From assembly GCF_001194135.2 (NCBI RefSeq), contig NC_068995.1, positions 51,077,438 to 51,141,437 on the forward strand: a DNA stretch of 64,000 bases, in the 5' to 3' direction. Origin of the DNA: Octopus bimaculoides. Lineage: Eukaryota. The notes below the pieces were generated by a model that had not been told where the DNA came from, made no database searches, and saw nothing but the letters and a program-made list of their open reading frames with translations. The number at the start of each line of letters is the position of its first letter. Position 1 is the stretch's first letter. The position numbers and the translations under genes are program-made. Positions 51,528 to 64,000 of this stretch are shown one piece after another.

Positions 51528-52304
51528 ATGGCAGAGGATCTTTGGTCCCCTATAGCTCACGTGTATGACCCCCTTATGGCAGGGAGTATCGATGGAACAG
51601 ACGATGTTGCCCATGACCATGGCATAGTGCGAGCTCTCAGTTGTAAATATAAACCTAACAAACAGGTTGCTGGAGATCCTAGCAGGACAATTTTTGCTTC
51701 CAGACTGAACCCGAAAACTGATGAGAACAGCCTCCGTAGATGTTTCAGCGAATACGGCCAAATTAAGCAGTTACGTCTTATCCGAGATATTGTTACAGGA
51801 TTTACACGAGGTTATGGTTTTATAGAGTATGAAGAGGAGTATTCCGCACGAAAGGCCTTCGTTCAAGCGAATAAATCTCTGCTGGATGGCTCTGAAATAT
51901 TCGTTGACTTTGAACGGGAACGAATTTTGAAAAACTGGGTTCCTCGTAGACTTGGGGGAGGCTTTGGTGGAAATAAAGAATCAGGGCAATTGCGTTTTGG
52001 CGGTAGGGACCGGCCGTTTAAGAAGCCAATTATTGTCAATTCAGATAGTAACAGTGGATATAAAAAATGGGACTACAAAGACAGCTCCCACCAAAAGAAT
52101 AGGGATTTTCAACACAAAGATGGCAGGTTTGGCTCTGAAAGGGGAGGGAATTATTCTCGGAGTGATAGCAGAGAATTTAGAGATAGAGGAGACAGAGGTG
52201 GGAATTCTGAGAGGAACTACAGAAGTAGAGAAAGAGGGAGAGAGAGTTTAGAATCTAAATACAGAGACAGGGGTTATAGAAATGAGGAGAGAAGAAATAG
52301 ATGA
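51528..52304 (+). CDS. SNRNP35: U11/U12 small nuclear ribonucleoprotein 35 kDa protein (RRM plus RS/RE-rich tail), single coding exon
   Basis: MAEDLWSPIAHVYDPLMAGSIDGTD...HDHGIVRA...RRM with RNP1 RGYGFIEY...WVPRRLGGGFGGNKESGQLRFGGRDRPF. The ATG follows a polypyrimidine tract and AG acceptor at 51522-51523, implying a 5'UTR intron. AATAAA at 52306-52311. Confidence 0.95.
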   Translation: MAEDLWSPIAHVYDPLMAGSIDGTDDVAHDHGIVRALSCKYKPNKQVAGDPSRTIFASRLNPKTDENSLRRCFSEYGQIKQLRLIRDIVTGFTRGYGFIEYEEEYSARKAFVQANKSLLDGSEIFVDFERERILKNWVPRRLGGGFGGNKESGQLRFGGRDRPFKKPIIVNSDSNSGYKKWDYKDSSHQKNRDFQHKDGRFGSERGGNYSRSDSREFRDRGDRGGNSERNYRSRERGRESLESKYRDRGYRNEERRNR

Positions 52305-55300
52305 AAATAAATTATTTAATTTATTATTTTCAAGACAATGGAGTAGAAGAAATGAGAGAGTACCAGATTAAACACCTGGCAGTATTTAATTTCATCCCTC
52401 TATGTTCTGAGTTCAAATCACACTGAAATCAATATTGACTGACCAATAAAATAAATATTAGGTACGTACCAACTAGAGAACCTCCTGTGGTTGCTCTGTC
52501 CGATTAAAGTAACACCCAAATCTTAAAAAAGGATACATTGGGCATTGGTACAGGTATAGCTTTGTGGTTAAGCAGTTCACTTCACAACCATGTGGTTTCA
52601 GGTTCAGTCCCACTAAACAGTACCTCAAGCAAGTGTCTGCTACTATAGCCCCAGGCTGACATATGCCTTGTGAGTGAATTTGGTTGATGGAAACTTTGTA
52701 AAAGCCTGTCATATATTTACATACACATATATATTTGTGCATGTGCATATCTGTGTTTGTCCCTTCACTTATGGACAACTGATATTGGTTTGTTTATACC
52801 CACATAACTTTGCAATTCGTCTTAAGAGGCTGATATACTATGCACCCGATTTAAAAAAATAAGTCCTGGGGGTCAGTTTGATTGGCTAAACCAATCAAGG
52901 TGGTATCCCAGCATGGCCACAGTCCAATGACTGAAAGAAGTAAAAGAATAATGTAATCCCATTTATACAACACGACTGGATAATGACAGCTGAGACTCCT
53001 TTGACTAAAGTTCTGTTTAGTCAGCACTGATTAACGGTCGAATGACATTATTATTATTATTATTATTATCATCATTAAACATGTCCTGGAATTGATTCAG
53101 TTGCCTTTGCTCTTTCCCTAAAAATCATACATTTTTTTCTTTAATACTCTGGGATAAAATATAGTTTCAACTTTTGACTGCTTGTGACAGAGAATGGGCT
53201 AAATGTCTTCCAGAATTATATCTCAGTGGCTCTTCCACATCTCTGTGTTCAAATCCCAGATGATGTATTCCACTCTGGATACCCCAATGGCAGATCAGGT
53301 GGATGAAGTTACATAACTCGGCAGATGAAGGCTGCAACAGATTTGACCACTTCAATTGTACTGGTTTCCTTGCCATTTGGGTCCAGTTGGCAGATTTGTG
53401 AAGGTCTGCATGAATCCTGGAGTGTGGCAGCAAGTACACATTAAACAACATCACACACAGGCATCTTTGTTTCAAGAAAGAAACACTGAAAACTAGGAGT
53501 GCAGAGATCCATCATCAAAGAGGAACTAACAACTTTTGAGACCAGTCGGATTGCTGAACAAGAGGAGGCACAGAAAAGATAGAAAGGAACAGCCTAGAAG
53601 AGATCCTTCATCTGGAACCACCTGTCTCATTTGGAAAAATTTTTAGACATTTTATTGTTGTCTTCCACCATTCTTGATCTTGAGGGGTAGACACAATGAT
53701 GACAATAAAAAGTTTTTAAAAAATTTCCCCAGGTCCTATATGTGAAATTGGGTCTCCCAAAAGTTTTAAAGCACTGAAAACTTATTTTCCCTGAGTACGC
53801 ATTGCTGAATTTGGAGTGTATCTTATGTCACTGTGCGTCTTTTATGCTATCAAATGTAATATTTATGTGATCAAAATTTGGGGGGAGGGGTCCAGTCGAA
53901 TAGATCAAACCCAGTACGCAACTGGTACTTAATTTATTGACCCCAAAAGGATGAAAGGCAAAGTCAACCTCAGCGGAATTTAAACTCAGAATATAAAGAC
54001 TTATGAAATACCGCTCAGCATTTCGCTCGGCATGCTAACATTTCTGCCAGCTCATCGCCTCAGTATTTATGTGATATACGAGAGTGTTGCCCATTGTATA
54101 ACAAGCAACTTTGGGAGTATATTTTTGTCACAATGGCTAATATCAGGAAATACGGCATACATATAGTAATTATAGTTTAATTTTTATTAAATTTCATAGT
54201 GCGTATACAAAATGCTGAATACTAATTTTCAAAAGAAAAATATTATCTTAAAATTAAAATAAATGAGACAAATTTCTCATTTGTATATTTGCAATAAATA
54301 TATGTTATTATTTTTCTAAATTTTATCAACATAATTGCATTCAACTCCATCTTTGCAAAATTTTATTTAAGAAAAGGGAAGAAAAAAGTGGGGTTTTTTT
54401 TTCAGAAAAATATGTGGTGGGGTACCAAAGAGGAGTTATGCTCCCTCACTCTCATCGGGCCTAGTAGGTGCACCTATCTTCCATGTCTAATGTTAAAGCT
54501 CTCTTTATCTCTCTTTACACTCCCCACCTCTTCATATTACACACACACACACACGTACATATGCACACATTTTTTCCAAGCGAAATCTTTATGCCATTAC
54601 TGCTCTGAGTTTTCTGTTGCTATCATGTCCTCATAAACCATCTTCAGGAATATGATAGCAACAAGAAACTCTTGAGTTGCAATGAAGTGAAGTGTCAGAT
54701 TTAAATAAATTGATAAAGGCGTCTACCACTAATATCAAGTACTTGTTTTTCTTGCTTGTCTATCCAAAGATACATTCACTCACACACGCACGCACACACA
54801 CACACACACACACACACAAACAAACAATATATATATATACACACATATATGTATATATGAGAGTCAAGACTATTAAAAAGGTTGCAAGACGCAACGAAAA
54901 TTTTAGGAAAATAAAAATAAGAAATAAGTGGAAATTTTAAGGCACAATAAGAAAATGACTCTCCCCAGACACAACAATATATATATGTATATATATTTAT
55001 ATAAAAAGGAGATTGTAAGAATTTCGGATAAGTATTTATTTAGCAGTTTCATCTCATTTCAGAGAACCATCAAGAATATACGTGTATGTATGTATGTATG
55101 TATGTGTGTTTATACATACATCATCATCATATATATATATATATATATATATTCACAATTTCATTCAGCAATTGTCAGTCACACAAAATGGTTATCCAGA
55201 AGACTGGCCATTTTAATCCTAGTAAGCTATTTAGAACATTGCTCACTGTTGGGTTTCCCAATCTCGAGTGTAATGTGTTGTGTGTGTGTGTGTAAATTAA

Positions 55301-56289
55301 TTTTGTTATCTCCTTAAATTATTAGCAAGTAAATAAAAAAAACCTCAAAAAACAAGACCTGTAAAAGTATATAAAAATGTAACTAAATTGTTAATAACAT
55401 CATTGAAAGTCTTTGTTGTTGTTGTTGATTTTGCATATCTTTATCTTGTTTTAGAAAATAAGGGGATCTGTAGGGATTACTAAACACGATTATTTTATAG
55501 AATTCATTGTTGTTAGGGGATTAACTGAGCTGAAGGGCTGAAGATAAATAATTTGAGCACCTTAAAATAAAATCTCTGCTCTGGGCTAAAATAAACACAA
55601 GTCTTTATTTATGTTTGGTTTTATTTATTTTCTTTTATTTTTTATATTTACTTGTCCTTATGATATTTATATCGTAAATATTTCATTTATTTATTTTCCT
55701 TAATAATGTATCAAACATGCATCTGATCTGATTGCCACCTATTCCAGTGCTGGATTAACAATTAAGCAAGATAAGCACATGTTTAGGCCATCAAGGGAAG
55801 CGAGGCACTAAAGAAATGGTAAATGGCTTATGGCACTAAAGAAATCACTTTAAACTATCCCAAATAATATTCAGGATGTTTTATCTCTACTAAGTATAGA
55901 AACAGATGTGTTATGTAAGATTAATTCTGAGGATTTGATCAAAAACTTTGTGATTAAAAAAAAAACAGTAGAAGAAAACTTTTAGAATTTAATTAAAGTG
56001 GAAGTATACAAAAATAAGCATTATTTTCTATCTTACAACTAATTTTGTTTTATTTTGAATTATAATTGTATGGGGCCACTAAAATCTTTTAATTGCTTAG
56101 GGTCTATGGATCTTAATCCAGCCCTGATCTATTCATGTATCTTTCTTCATCTTCTCTTAGACAATGGATGTCTCCTACCGTCAGCACATGGCAATCAGTT
56201 ACTCAGTCAAACCAGAACAATCTTTTATCTTTCTTTTACTTCTTTCAATCATATCAGCTGAAATGTGTTAACAACAGTGTCTTCTTAGG

Positions 56290-57045
56290 TCTCCATCTTG
56301 TGTGAGTTCTGTCCACATTTAGTGATCTGCACTTTGTGTGGCTGTTCTTATTCATGCACATTGCATGTCCATACCAGCGCAGTCTTCTTTCCTGCATACT
56401 ACATCTGATTCAGTTCTATATTTAAGAGATGAGGAATTATTTACATTTGATGGATATTTGTCCTCATCTTGTTTGTTGTTAACACAATGTTTCAGCTCAT
56501 ATACCCTCCAGCCTTCATCAGGTGTCTTGGGGAAATTTCGAACCTGGGTTCTCATTCCTAAGGTATTTTTTTATAAACCCTAAAATTCACTCCATAATTG
56601 CCCACGGGCATATGGTGTAGTGGTTAAGAGCATGGGCTACTAACCCCAAGATTCCGAGTTCGATTCCAGGCAGTGATCTGAATAATAATAATAATAATAA
56701 CATCATCGAAAAATACCTTAGGACCCAGGTTCGAAATTTTCCCAAGACACCTGATGAAGGCTGGAGGGTGTATCAGCGGAAACGTGTTAACAACAAATAT
56801 CTGTCAAATGTAAATAATGTAAATAATGTACATCTGATTCCTCTTATGTTCAGTTTTTAGTACACTTGTACTATGTCTTCTTTACACAGTTACATTGCAT
56901 GTGCAACAGTGCATGCTCACTTCTCAACTCCTCTGCATTCAAGATCCATGCTTCACTATCATGCAGCATTGCAGTTCTGACAAAAGCATCATACAATCTG
57001 CCCTTCATTCTAAGGGTAAGTTGTACTTACCTGAACTTTCCTATA
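56290..57045 (-). mobile_element. Decayed RTE-clade LINE fragment split by the tRNA-hammerhead element
   Basis: LRMKGRLYDAFVRTAMLHDSEAW on one side continues into the ...MQERRLRWYGH region on the other. TACATCTGATTC is duplicated at 56400-56411 and 56829-56840. Confidence 0.7.
56436..56829 (+). mobile_element. Second tRNA-headed hammerhead element with inverted 5' arm; both ribozyme cores degenerate
   Basis: Inverted arm 56436-56571; full tRNA-like head from 56606 (A box TGGTGTAGTGG, B box GAGTTCGATTCC); (TAA)n; cores at 56481-56526 (minus) and 56746-56788 (plus); TGTAAATAA tail. Confidence 0.75.
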
Positions 57046-60000
57046 TATGTATATGTATGTATGCATGCATGCATGTATGTATGTTTGTATGCATGTATGC
57101 ATGTGTGTGTATGTATACACTTACACACACATACATGCACACGAGTGTTTGCGTTGCTTTCTTTAGTTCATAATTCTTCAATAGATATACAATGACACCT
57201 TCAGTACATGCCTCTTTAATATTGTATTTTGTAAATATATATAAATAATTAGATTTTACAATTCACTCATGAAGATTAACTAATTGTCTGTCTTTTAATC
57301 AGAAAACAAAATGACAAAGAACATGATACAATTATCTAAAATGATTGCCATGTATATCACTTGAATGGCTCTCTTATTACATTCTATATCTCTTGTATTG
57401 TTAACCATTATAATATGTTAAACACAATCACTGTTTTCACACTCTGATTTTTTCTCTATCTTACCNNNNNNNNNNCATCCTTCTGTCATTTCAATCACAA
57501 GTCAAATGTATCTTTTTAACAACACTGAAATAATAGCGATATCAGGTTTAAATGAATGAATGAACCAACAACAGTAACCGTATTATGACATTTATTTAAT
57601 ATTTTGTATCATTCACATGACAACATCTTTCCTTTTCTACTTTTTAAACAGAATTATTCATTCTTTTTATTTCTGGAACAGAAGTAATTAAGCTTACTGT
57701 GAAAGTTCAAATCCAATTAAAATTTTATATTGAATTTACTAAAAGGATGTGGGGCTTTTTTTTTTTCCTCTCATCATTCATCTGTATTAATCTTCAATTA
57801 AAACCATAATTGGTTTTAACTGAAGGTTCAGTGCTGGTTGAATATTCTATTTTATTTGTTATTATTTGTATTAATGATCTGTATGCCATACACTATATAC
57901 TGTTAAAAGCCTTCCAAACTGGTATTTATCATAAGAAGCGTCTCTTATAGACATATAATGCTAAAAAAAACACAGAAATATAGCAGCAGGTGAAATATGT
58001 GTCTTTTAACACTATATGTCTAAAAGAGATGCTTTTTCCATTTCCAGCAATCAAATCCACACACGAGGCTGTAGTCAACCCAGGGTTAAAGTAAAAAAAC
58101 ACTTGCCTAAGATGCCACACAATGGGACTAAACTTCGCTCTCTCTCCATCTCTCTCTCTCCCCCACCTTTCTGTATGCCCCTCTCTCTCTCCNNNNNNNN
58201 NNNNNNNNNNNNNNNNNNNNNNNNNNNNNNNNNNNNNNNNNNNNNNNNNNNNNNNNNNNNNNNNNNNNNNNNNNNNNNNNNNNNNNNNNNNNNNNNNNNN
58301 NNNNNNNNNNNNNNNNNNNNNNNNNNNNNNNNNNNNNNNNNNNNNNNNNNNNNNNNNNNNNNNNNNNNNNNNNNNNNNNNNNNNNNNNNNNNNNNNNNNN
58401 NNNNNNNNNNNNNNNNNNNNNNNNNNNNNNNNNNNNNNNNNNNNNNNNNNNNNNNNNNNNNNNNNNNNNNNNNNNNNNNNNNNNNNNNNNNNNNNNNNNN
58501 NNNNNNNNNNNNNNNNNNNNNNNNNNNNNNNNNNNNNNNNNNNNNNNNNNNNNNNNNNNNNNNNNNNNNNNNNNNNNNNNNNNNNNTCTCCCTCTCTCCC
58601 CTCTCTCTCTCCCTCTCTCCCCTCTCTCTCTCCCTCTCTCCATCTCTAAAACCCTGTGGAAAAAGTGGGGAGGCACCACACGACCTTCGTTACTCACCAC
58701 TCCTGAAACCATCAGAGTTGCTGGAAATATCATGTGCATCACTCTGGGTACTTCAGAAGGATCTGCACATAACCACATATCACTTCTTCTGTTAAACTTT
58801 TGATGCTGTACTTGGACACATCAGATCCTGCCAAACCAGCCAATGCATGCCAGCATGGAAGATGGTCGTCAAACGATGGGTTGGACATGATGATAATGAT
58901 AATGATGACAATGATAATGGTGCTGACGTTGATGATGCTAACGACAGCAACGATGATAATAAGTTTGACACCAATGACAACGACGACAATGGTGATGATG
59001 ACGATAACGATGACAGCTCATTTGGAATTTAAACCAGTTCAGAATGTGTGCAAATGTTTTTAGAATGATAAATAGGAAACAGTATTAAATGATTTGCTTA
59101 AGGAAACGCTACTTCAGTTTCATGAAATAAAATAAACAAATAGGATTACCCAACAAATTGATTAGATTTGCTACTCAAAATAAAACCATTCTAAACTCGA
59201 GTATTAATTTCATAACTAAAATATTCAAAAGTTAATTAGAAATATTTTAAAGGTTTTCTGTAAAAAAAAAAAAAAAAAAAAAAATTTCTTCACAGAAATT
59301 ATTTCTAAAATTAGCATTCTGATTAACATAGGATTGTATAATGAAACAGATGGTGAGAGAGTTAATAAATTCAATAAGAAAGACTTGTTTTCTGAGTAGA
59401 AACCAGATACCAGTCTCATTCTCTTTCATTGACTTTTTAAAATGAAATAAAAAACTTGGATTCACATCCTTTTGTTTGTGTGTGTGTGTGTGGTGGCGTG
59501 TATGCATGTGCACATGCATGTGCCTATATATGTGTGTATACAGGTCGTCATTGACTTATGACCTATCCAACTTATGACCGATTGACTTTACAACAATTGG
59601 TGTGCCAGCTCCTGGCAGCAATAATAAATAGTCCAGTTGAAATCTAATGGGTTTAACTTCATAGAAATTAACCCATCTTTGAGTGATGTCAGTTAACAAA
59701 CGCTTCCCCTAGGTTTTGTTATCGATCGCCACTGTGTTGGATGATTATCCTGTCGTGGAGACTTCGAGACAACCTCGTATTTGTTTATAAGATGACTGCC
59801 TGAGATACCAAAATTTTTGACTAATGCCACTATAATAGTATCATACAGAATGCTGTGTGTGACTTTTACACTCATCCTCTCCTCTCCAATCCATCCCATT
59901 TTTTCTGCCATCATTGTCCCTTCTACCCACTTTCTATTTGGATTGTTGAGCATTGGGGACTCTTTAATCCTACGGGATACAAGGCAACTCCATTAGTGCT

Positions 60001-60594
60001 ATTGCCACTATAAATTCACCTAGGGCACTCGGCAAAATGGCTGCTGAATAAGCAGGACCTTTTAGTCTTTTAGTCCATTAATGGATTTTTGAACTGCTAT
60101 AAATGCATGCATCATACTGACACTATCCTCTCATATGCAGTAGTGAAATGTGCATATTATAACACTGTAGCATATTATGTAACCTGATCAGGTTTCTTCT
60201 GCACTGTAGGGTGCATTTGATTCCATTATATCATGCATCCTGCCCCCTAGGGAACAATGCAGCTTTAAGCTGAAATGATCATCATGCTAAATAAAGCTTA
60301 CAGTGCAATCCATCTTCCCAATCAATCATCATCATCATCGTTTAACGTCTGTTTTCTATGCTGGCATGGGTTGGATGGTTTGACTGAGGTCTGGAAAGCC
60401 GGGAGGCTGCACCAGGCTCCAATTTGATCTAGCAATGTTTCTACAGCTGGATGCCCTTCCTAACACCAACCACTCTGAGAGTGTAGTGGGTGCTTTTTAC
60501 ATGCCACCAGCACAGGAGCCAGTCAGCGGGCACTGGCATCGGCCATGTTCAGATGGTGCTTTTCAATCATTTAATATATATATATATATATGAG

Positions 60595-60658
<64 letters not shown>

Positions 60659-60685
60659 TATGTATATATGTATACATATATATAT

Positions 60686-60718
<33 letters not shown>

Positions 60719-61206
60719 CAGAAAAGGAGACATGTATATACAAAGATCAGCATGAAGTCCTAATGAATTTTCTATAAGCAGTGTATACATATAGAGCAAA
60801 CCTATAAATATATTAATAAATTATCAATACCTTTGAAAAGTGACACACATATATAGATTTAAATGAGAAAAGATTTAGTAGTTGTGTTTTATCAAGTGCT
60901 ACGAATCTATCAGTCTGGAGACTAATTAATATTTCATTAAGTTGTTATGCTGTTAATTATATAGAATAGACTGGTGTTGAACAATTCTTCTCTGTCTATC
61001 TCTTTCTCCACACTATTCATTAATATCTATGTGATTGTGTGGTGTGTGTGCACGTGTACGTACAGTGAAAAAGTCCAACCCATGCTAATATTGAAAAAAG
61101 ATGCAAAATGATGATGGTGACAATAATCAACCATTCATTCATAAATAATATATATATATATATATATATAATACAAAGATTATATATGCATGTATACACA
61201 CATATA

Positions 61207-61249
<43 letters not shown>

Positions 61250-61250
<1 letters not shown>

Positions 61251-61395
61251 AAAGATTGCTTAATAAAGAGAATGAATGGGAGAAAGAGAGCCTGCCTTAT
61301 GTCGACCCAATAGAGGGACCAGCTATCCGAGTTGATAGTACCAGGGTAGATAAAGCAATTAAGAGTATGAAGACCGGGAAAGCCCCCGGCCCATC
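61250..61395 (+). mobile_element. RTE-clade LINE fragment upstream of the RT domain, cut by a gap
   Basis: ENEWEKESLPYVDPIEGPAIRVDSTRVDKAIKSMKTGKAPGP; KAPGP motif precedes LINE RT domains. Confidence 0.7.
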
Positions 61396-62328
61396 NNNNN
61401 NNNNNNNNNNNNNNNNNNNNNNNNNNNNNNNNNNNNNNNNNNNNNNNNNCATCTTTATACATGCACACACATATGCACATACATACACATGCAAATATAG
61501 ACTCACATATGTATAAATATACAATTATGAACAACAACATCAACAACAATAACAAGCTACTACAACAACAACAGTTGTAATAAACTAAAAATCCAGTGTT
61601 ATATTTAGAATTAGTTATTGATATATCAAGCAATTTCCACAAAAGCTTTACAACTCTACATAGATTTTTATAGTTTTTCTTCTCAATACACTAAATGGCT
61701 TTTGGCTTGGTTTCTGATAAAAATGAAGACTAAAAGAAATGAAGGGGGAAAAAAAAACTCACAACAAAAGAGAATGAAAACATTATTTACTCATTACGAA
61801 ATGATTGTCGTGACATAGATCCAAGAGTTGCAGTAGAAAAATCTGCAATTTCAGCTTCTTTTTCCATTTTTGTCTTTTTTTTTTAACAGTTCTACTGATT
61901 GCACCGATTCCTGTCTTTCAAAGATATAACAACAGCGACGATGACAACAACAACGATGACGGTGATGACAACAACAATAATAATAATAATGGTTTTAAAT
62001 TTTGGCACAAAGCCAGCAAATTCATGGGAGGGGTAAATCAATTACATTGATTCTAGGGCTCGACTGGAACTTATTTTATTGACCCCGAAAGGATGGAAGG
62101 CAAAGTCAACCATGGCAGAAATTGAACTCAGAACATAAAGACAGACGAAATGCTGCCAAGTATTTTGCCCTGCATGCTAATGTTTCTGCCATCGCGCTGC
62201 CCTAGTAGTAATAATAATAATAATAATAATAATCATAGATATAGCATACCCAGCTGACAACAAGGTATGCAATAAGGAAGAAAGAAAAGTCGANNNNNNN
62301 NNNAATAATAATAATAATAATAATAATC

Positions 62329-62674
62329 ATAGATATAGCATACCCAGCTGACAACAAGGTATGCAATAAGGAAGAAAGAAAAGTCGAGAGATATGACAGG
62401 CTAGCTTGGGAAGTTGAGCAGTTGTGGTCAATGAAAAAGGTAGCAGTAGTACTTATAATTGTCGAAGCCCCGGGAACAGTGAGCAAAAATCTTGAGAAGT
62501 ACATGGAACAAATAGGGGCTACAATAAGGGTGAAGCACTTGCAGAAAACAGCACTGCTTGGAACCGCTGGAATACTCCGGAAGGTGCTCGAAAAATAAGA
62601 GGTGTTACCTTAGTTCACTGGTAGTGAACAGCTGATTCCATCGTACATCTCCAGCGTTAGAAGCTGTGCAAAGC
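62329..62674 (+). mobile_element. 5'-truncated R4/Dong-clade non-LTR retrotransposon (C-terminal restriction-like endonuclease region plus 3'UTR)
   Basis: Open frame 62329-62598: IDIAYPADNKVCNKEERKVERYDRLAWEVEQLWSMKKVAVV...LQKTALLGTAGILRKVLEK*. Flanked on both sides by (TAA)n. Confidence 0.8.
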
Positions 62675-63789
62675 AATAATAATAATAATAATAATTTTTG
62701 TCACAAGTGCAGCTTGGGGTAAGTGGGGATGACTTGATTACATCAACCTTCCACTGGTACTTATTTTATCAACCCTGAAAGGATGAAAGGCAAAGTCGAC
62801 TGTGCAGGACCGAATGCCAATTGCCATGCGTGCAACAGTAAGAATGAAAATACTGACTGTGATATCAGTTTTGTAAGAATGTGGCCGACTAGTTACCCTA
62901 ATTCTTCATCTATTCTGCTGCTTCTTGTCAGCTCTGATGACTCTACAAATGGTAAGACGTTAGTAACTGGCACTGAGGACAAAATGTAAGTGCAACTAAA
63001 CAACTCCCTCATTAATGTAAACAACTGCATGCTTTTATCAACATATCCATGTTTTCAGACTTGTCATTGAGCAGGGATTGGTTTTCATATGTATCTAGAG
63101 ATGTAGAAACAGGTTGTACTTGCTACAGAAGCCAACTGCATTTGAGTCAGATGCTTTCTGTACTTTGTTTAGGAAATCAGTCACATTTGTCGACAAGATT
63201 TGTTGGCTTCTACAAGACATACAGCTGGCTTCAACATCTCGAGATGAGCTTGTAAAGACTAATCTGTACCCAATCAATAAAAGCTTGAATGGAAAAGATA
63301 CCAAAGCAGTCTAAGAAGCATACAATATTCATGTGGCTGCAGTGTTGCAATGCTGTACATATTTTCTGGGTCATGTGACTCCACTCAATGATCACATGAT
63401 TAGTATTAATTAACATGGTTACTAGTTGAATAAAGTTGTGGGGAGGGTCTTGAGTCTTCAGAGCACTCTGGAGGTTTCTGGAGGTGAAGAACCATGAACA
63501 ACTTTAGCTGTGCTTGGTTGATTACTTTACAGTGAGACTTCATTGCTTCATTGCTGAACTTGAACAAATCATTTCCAGACTCATTATACATAATACATAC
63601 ACTGTTTATTAAAGTTATTGACAAACAAATTGGTTTCTTTTCCAAATTAGTTTTTTTATCTTATTTCTAAGTTTGTTTGTTTTTTGTACGGATAAGTTTT
63701 TTCTTTTTGTTTTTGTTTAAATTCATAAATTCATTTACGATTTACTGAAAAAGAAGACAAGCTATTTTTGAAAATGATCTTAAGTCAAT

Positions 63790-64000
63790 CCGCCTCCTCC
63801 TCTTCTTCCTCTTCCTCCTCTTCCTCCTCCTCTTCTTCTGCCTCCTCCTCATCATCATCGTCACCACCACCATCATCACGACCACTACTAATGCCGCTGC
63901 CGCTACCGCCGCTGCCGCTACCGCCGCTGCCGCTACCGCCGCTGCCGCTACCGCCGCTGCCGCTNNNNNNNNNNACTACTAATGCCGCTGCCGCTACCGC
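63790..64000. repeat. Compound trinucleotide tract ending in (GCCGCTGCCGCTACC)n
   Basis: TCC/TCA/ACC runs followed by a 15-bp unit repeated up to a gap. Confidence 0.9.

Noticed and set aside
56606-56680. Possible tRNA gene
   Set aside because: A and B boxes are present but the acceptor stem does not pair, and it runs into (TAA)n and a repeat tail; it is a SINE head.
58847-59032. Asp/Asn-rich ORF
   Set aside because: It is the degenerate (GAT/GAC/AAT)n tail of an RTE-related repeat.
62206-62293. Apparent tandem duplication of the Dong element start, and the repeat restart after the gap at 63975
   Set aside because: Identical sequence on both sides of a 10-N gap is typical of unmerged overlapping contig ends.

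Overview
AT-rich, microsatellite- and SINE-dense animal genomic scaffold with eight N-gaps. The repeat families and composition suggest a coleoid cephalopod (Octopus-like); this is an inference. Three protein-coding genes were reconstructed by hand. (1) The 5' end of USP3 (minus strand; coding exons 13379-13466 and 4921-4981; no further exons found in the window). (2) A complete 10-exon FKBP8/FKBP38 (minus strand, 23914-39463, 562 aa: long acidic N-terminus, FKBP domain, TPR region, C-terminal membrane anchor). (3) A single-coding-exon SNRNP35 (U11/U12 35K; plus strand, 51528-52304). The rest is mobile DNA: tRNA-derived SINEs, RTE LINE fragments, an R4/Dong-type fragment inserted in (TAA)n, a fossil Merlin/ISXO2-like transposase split by a MITE, piggyBac- and hAT-like MITEs, and a 749-bp LTR-PBS-PPT-LTR mini-retrotransposon with a 5-bp TSD. 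The most notable signal is a set of minimal type I hammerhead ribozyme motifs of the Penelope-like-element kind. Two elements combine a tRNA-derived head, (TAA)n and a hammerhead-bearing tail, each preceded by an inverted partial copy, which suggests a Penelope-mobilised, ribozyme-carrying SINE.
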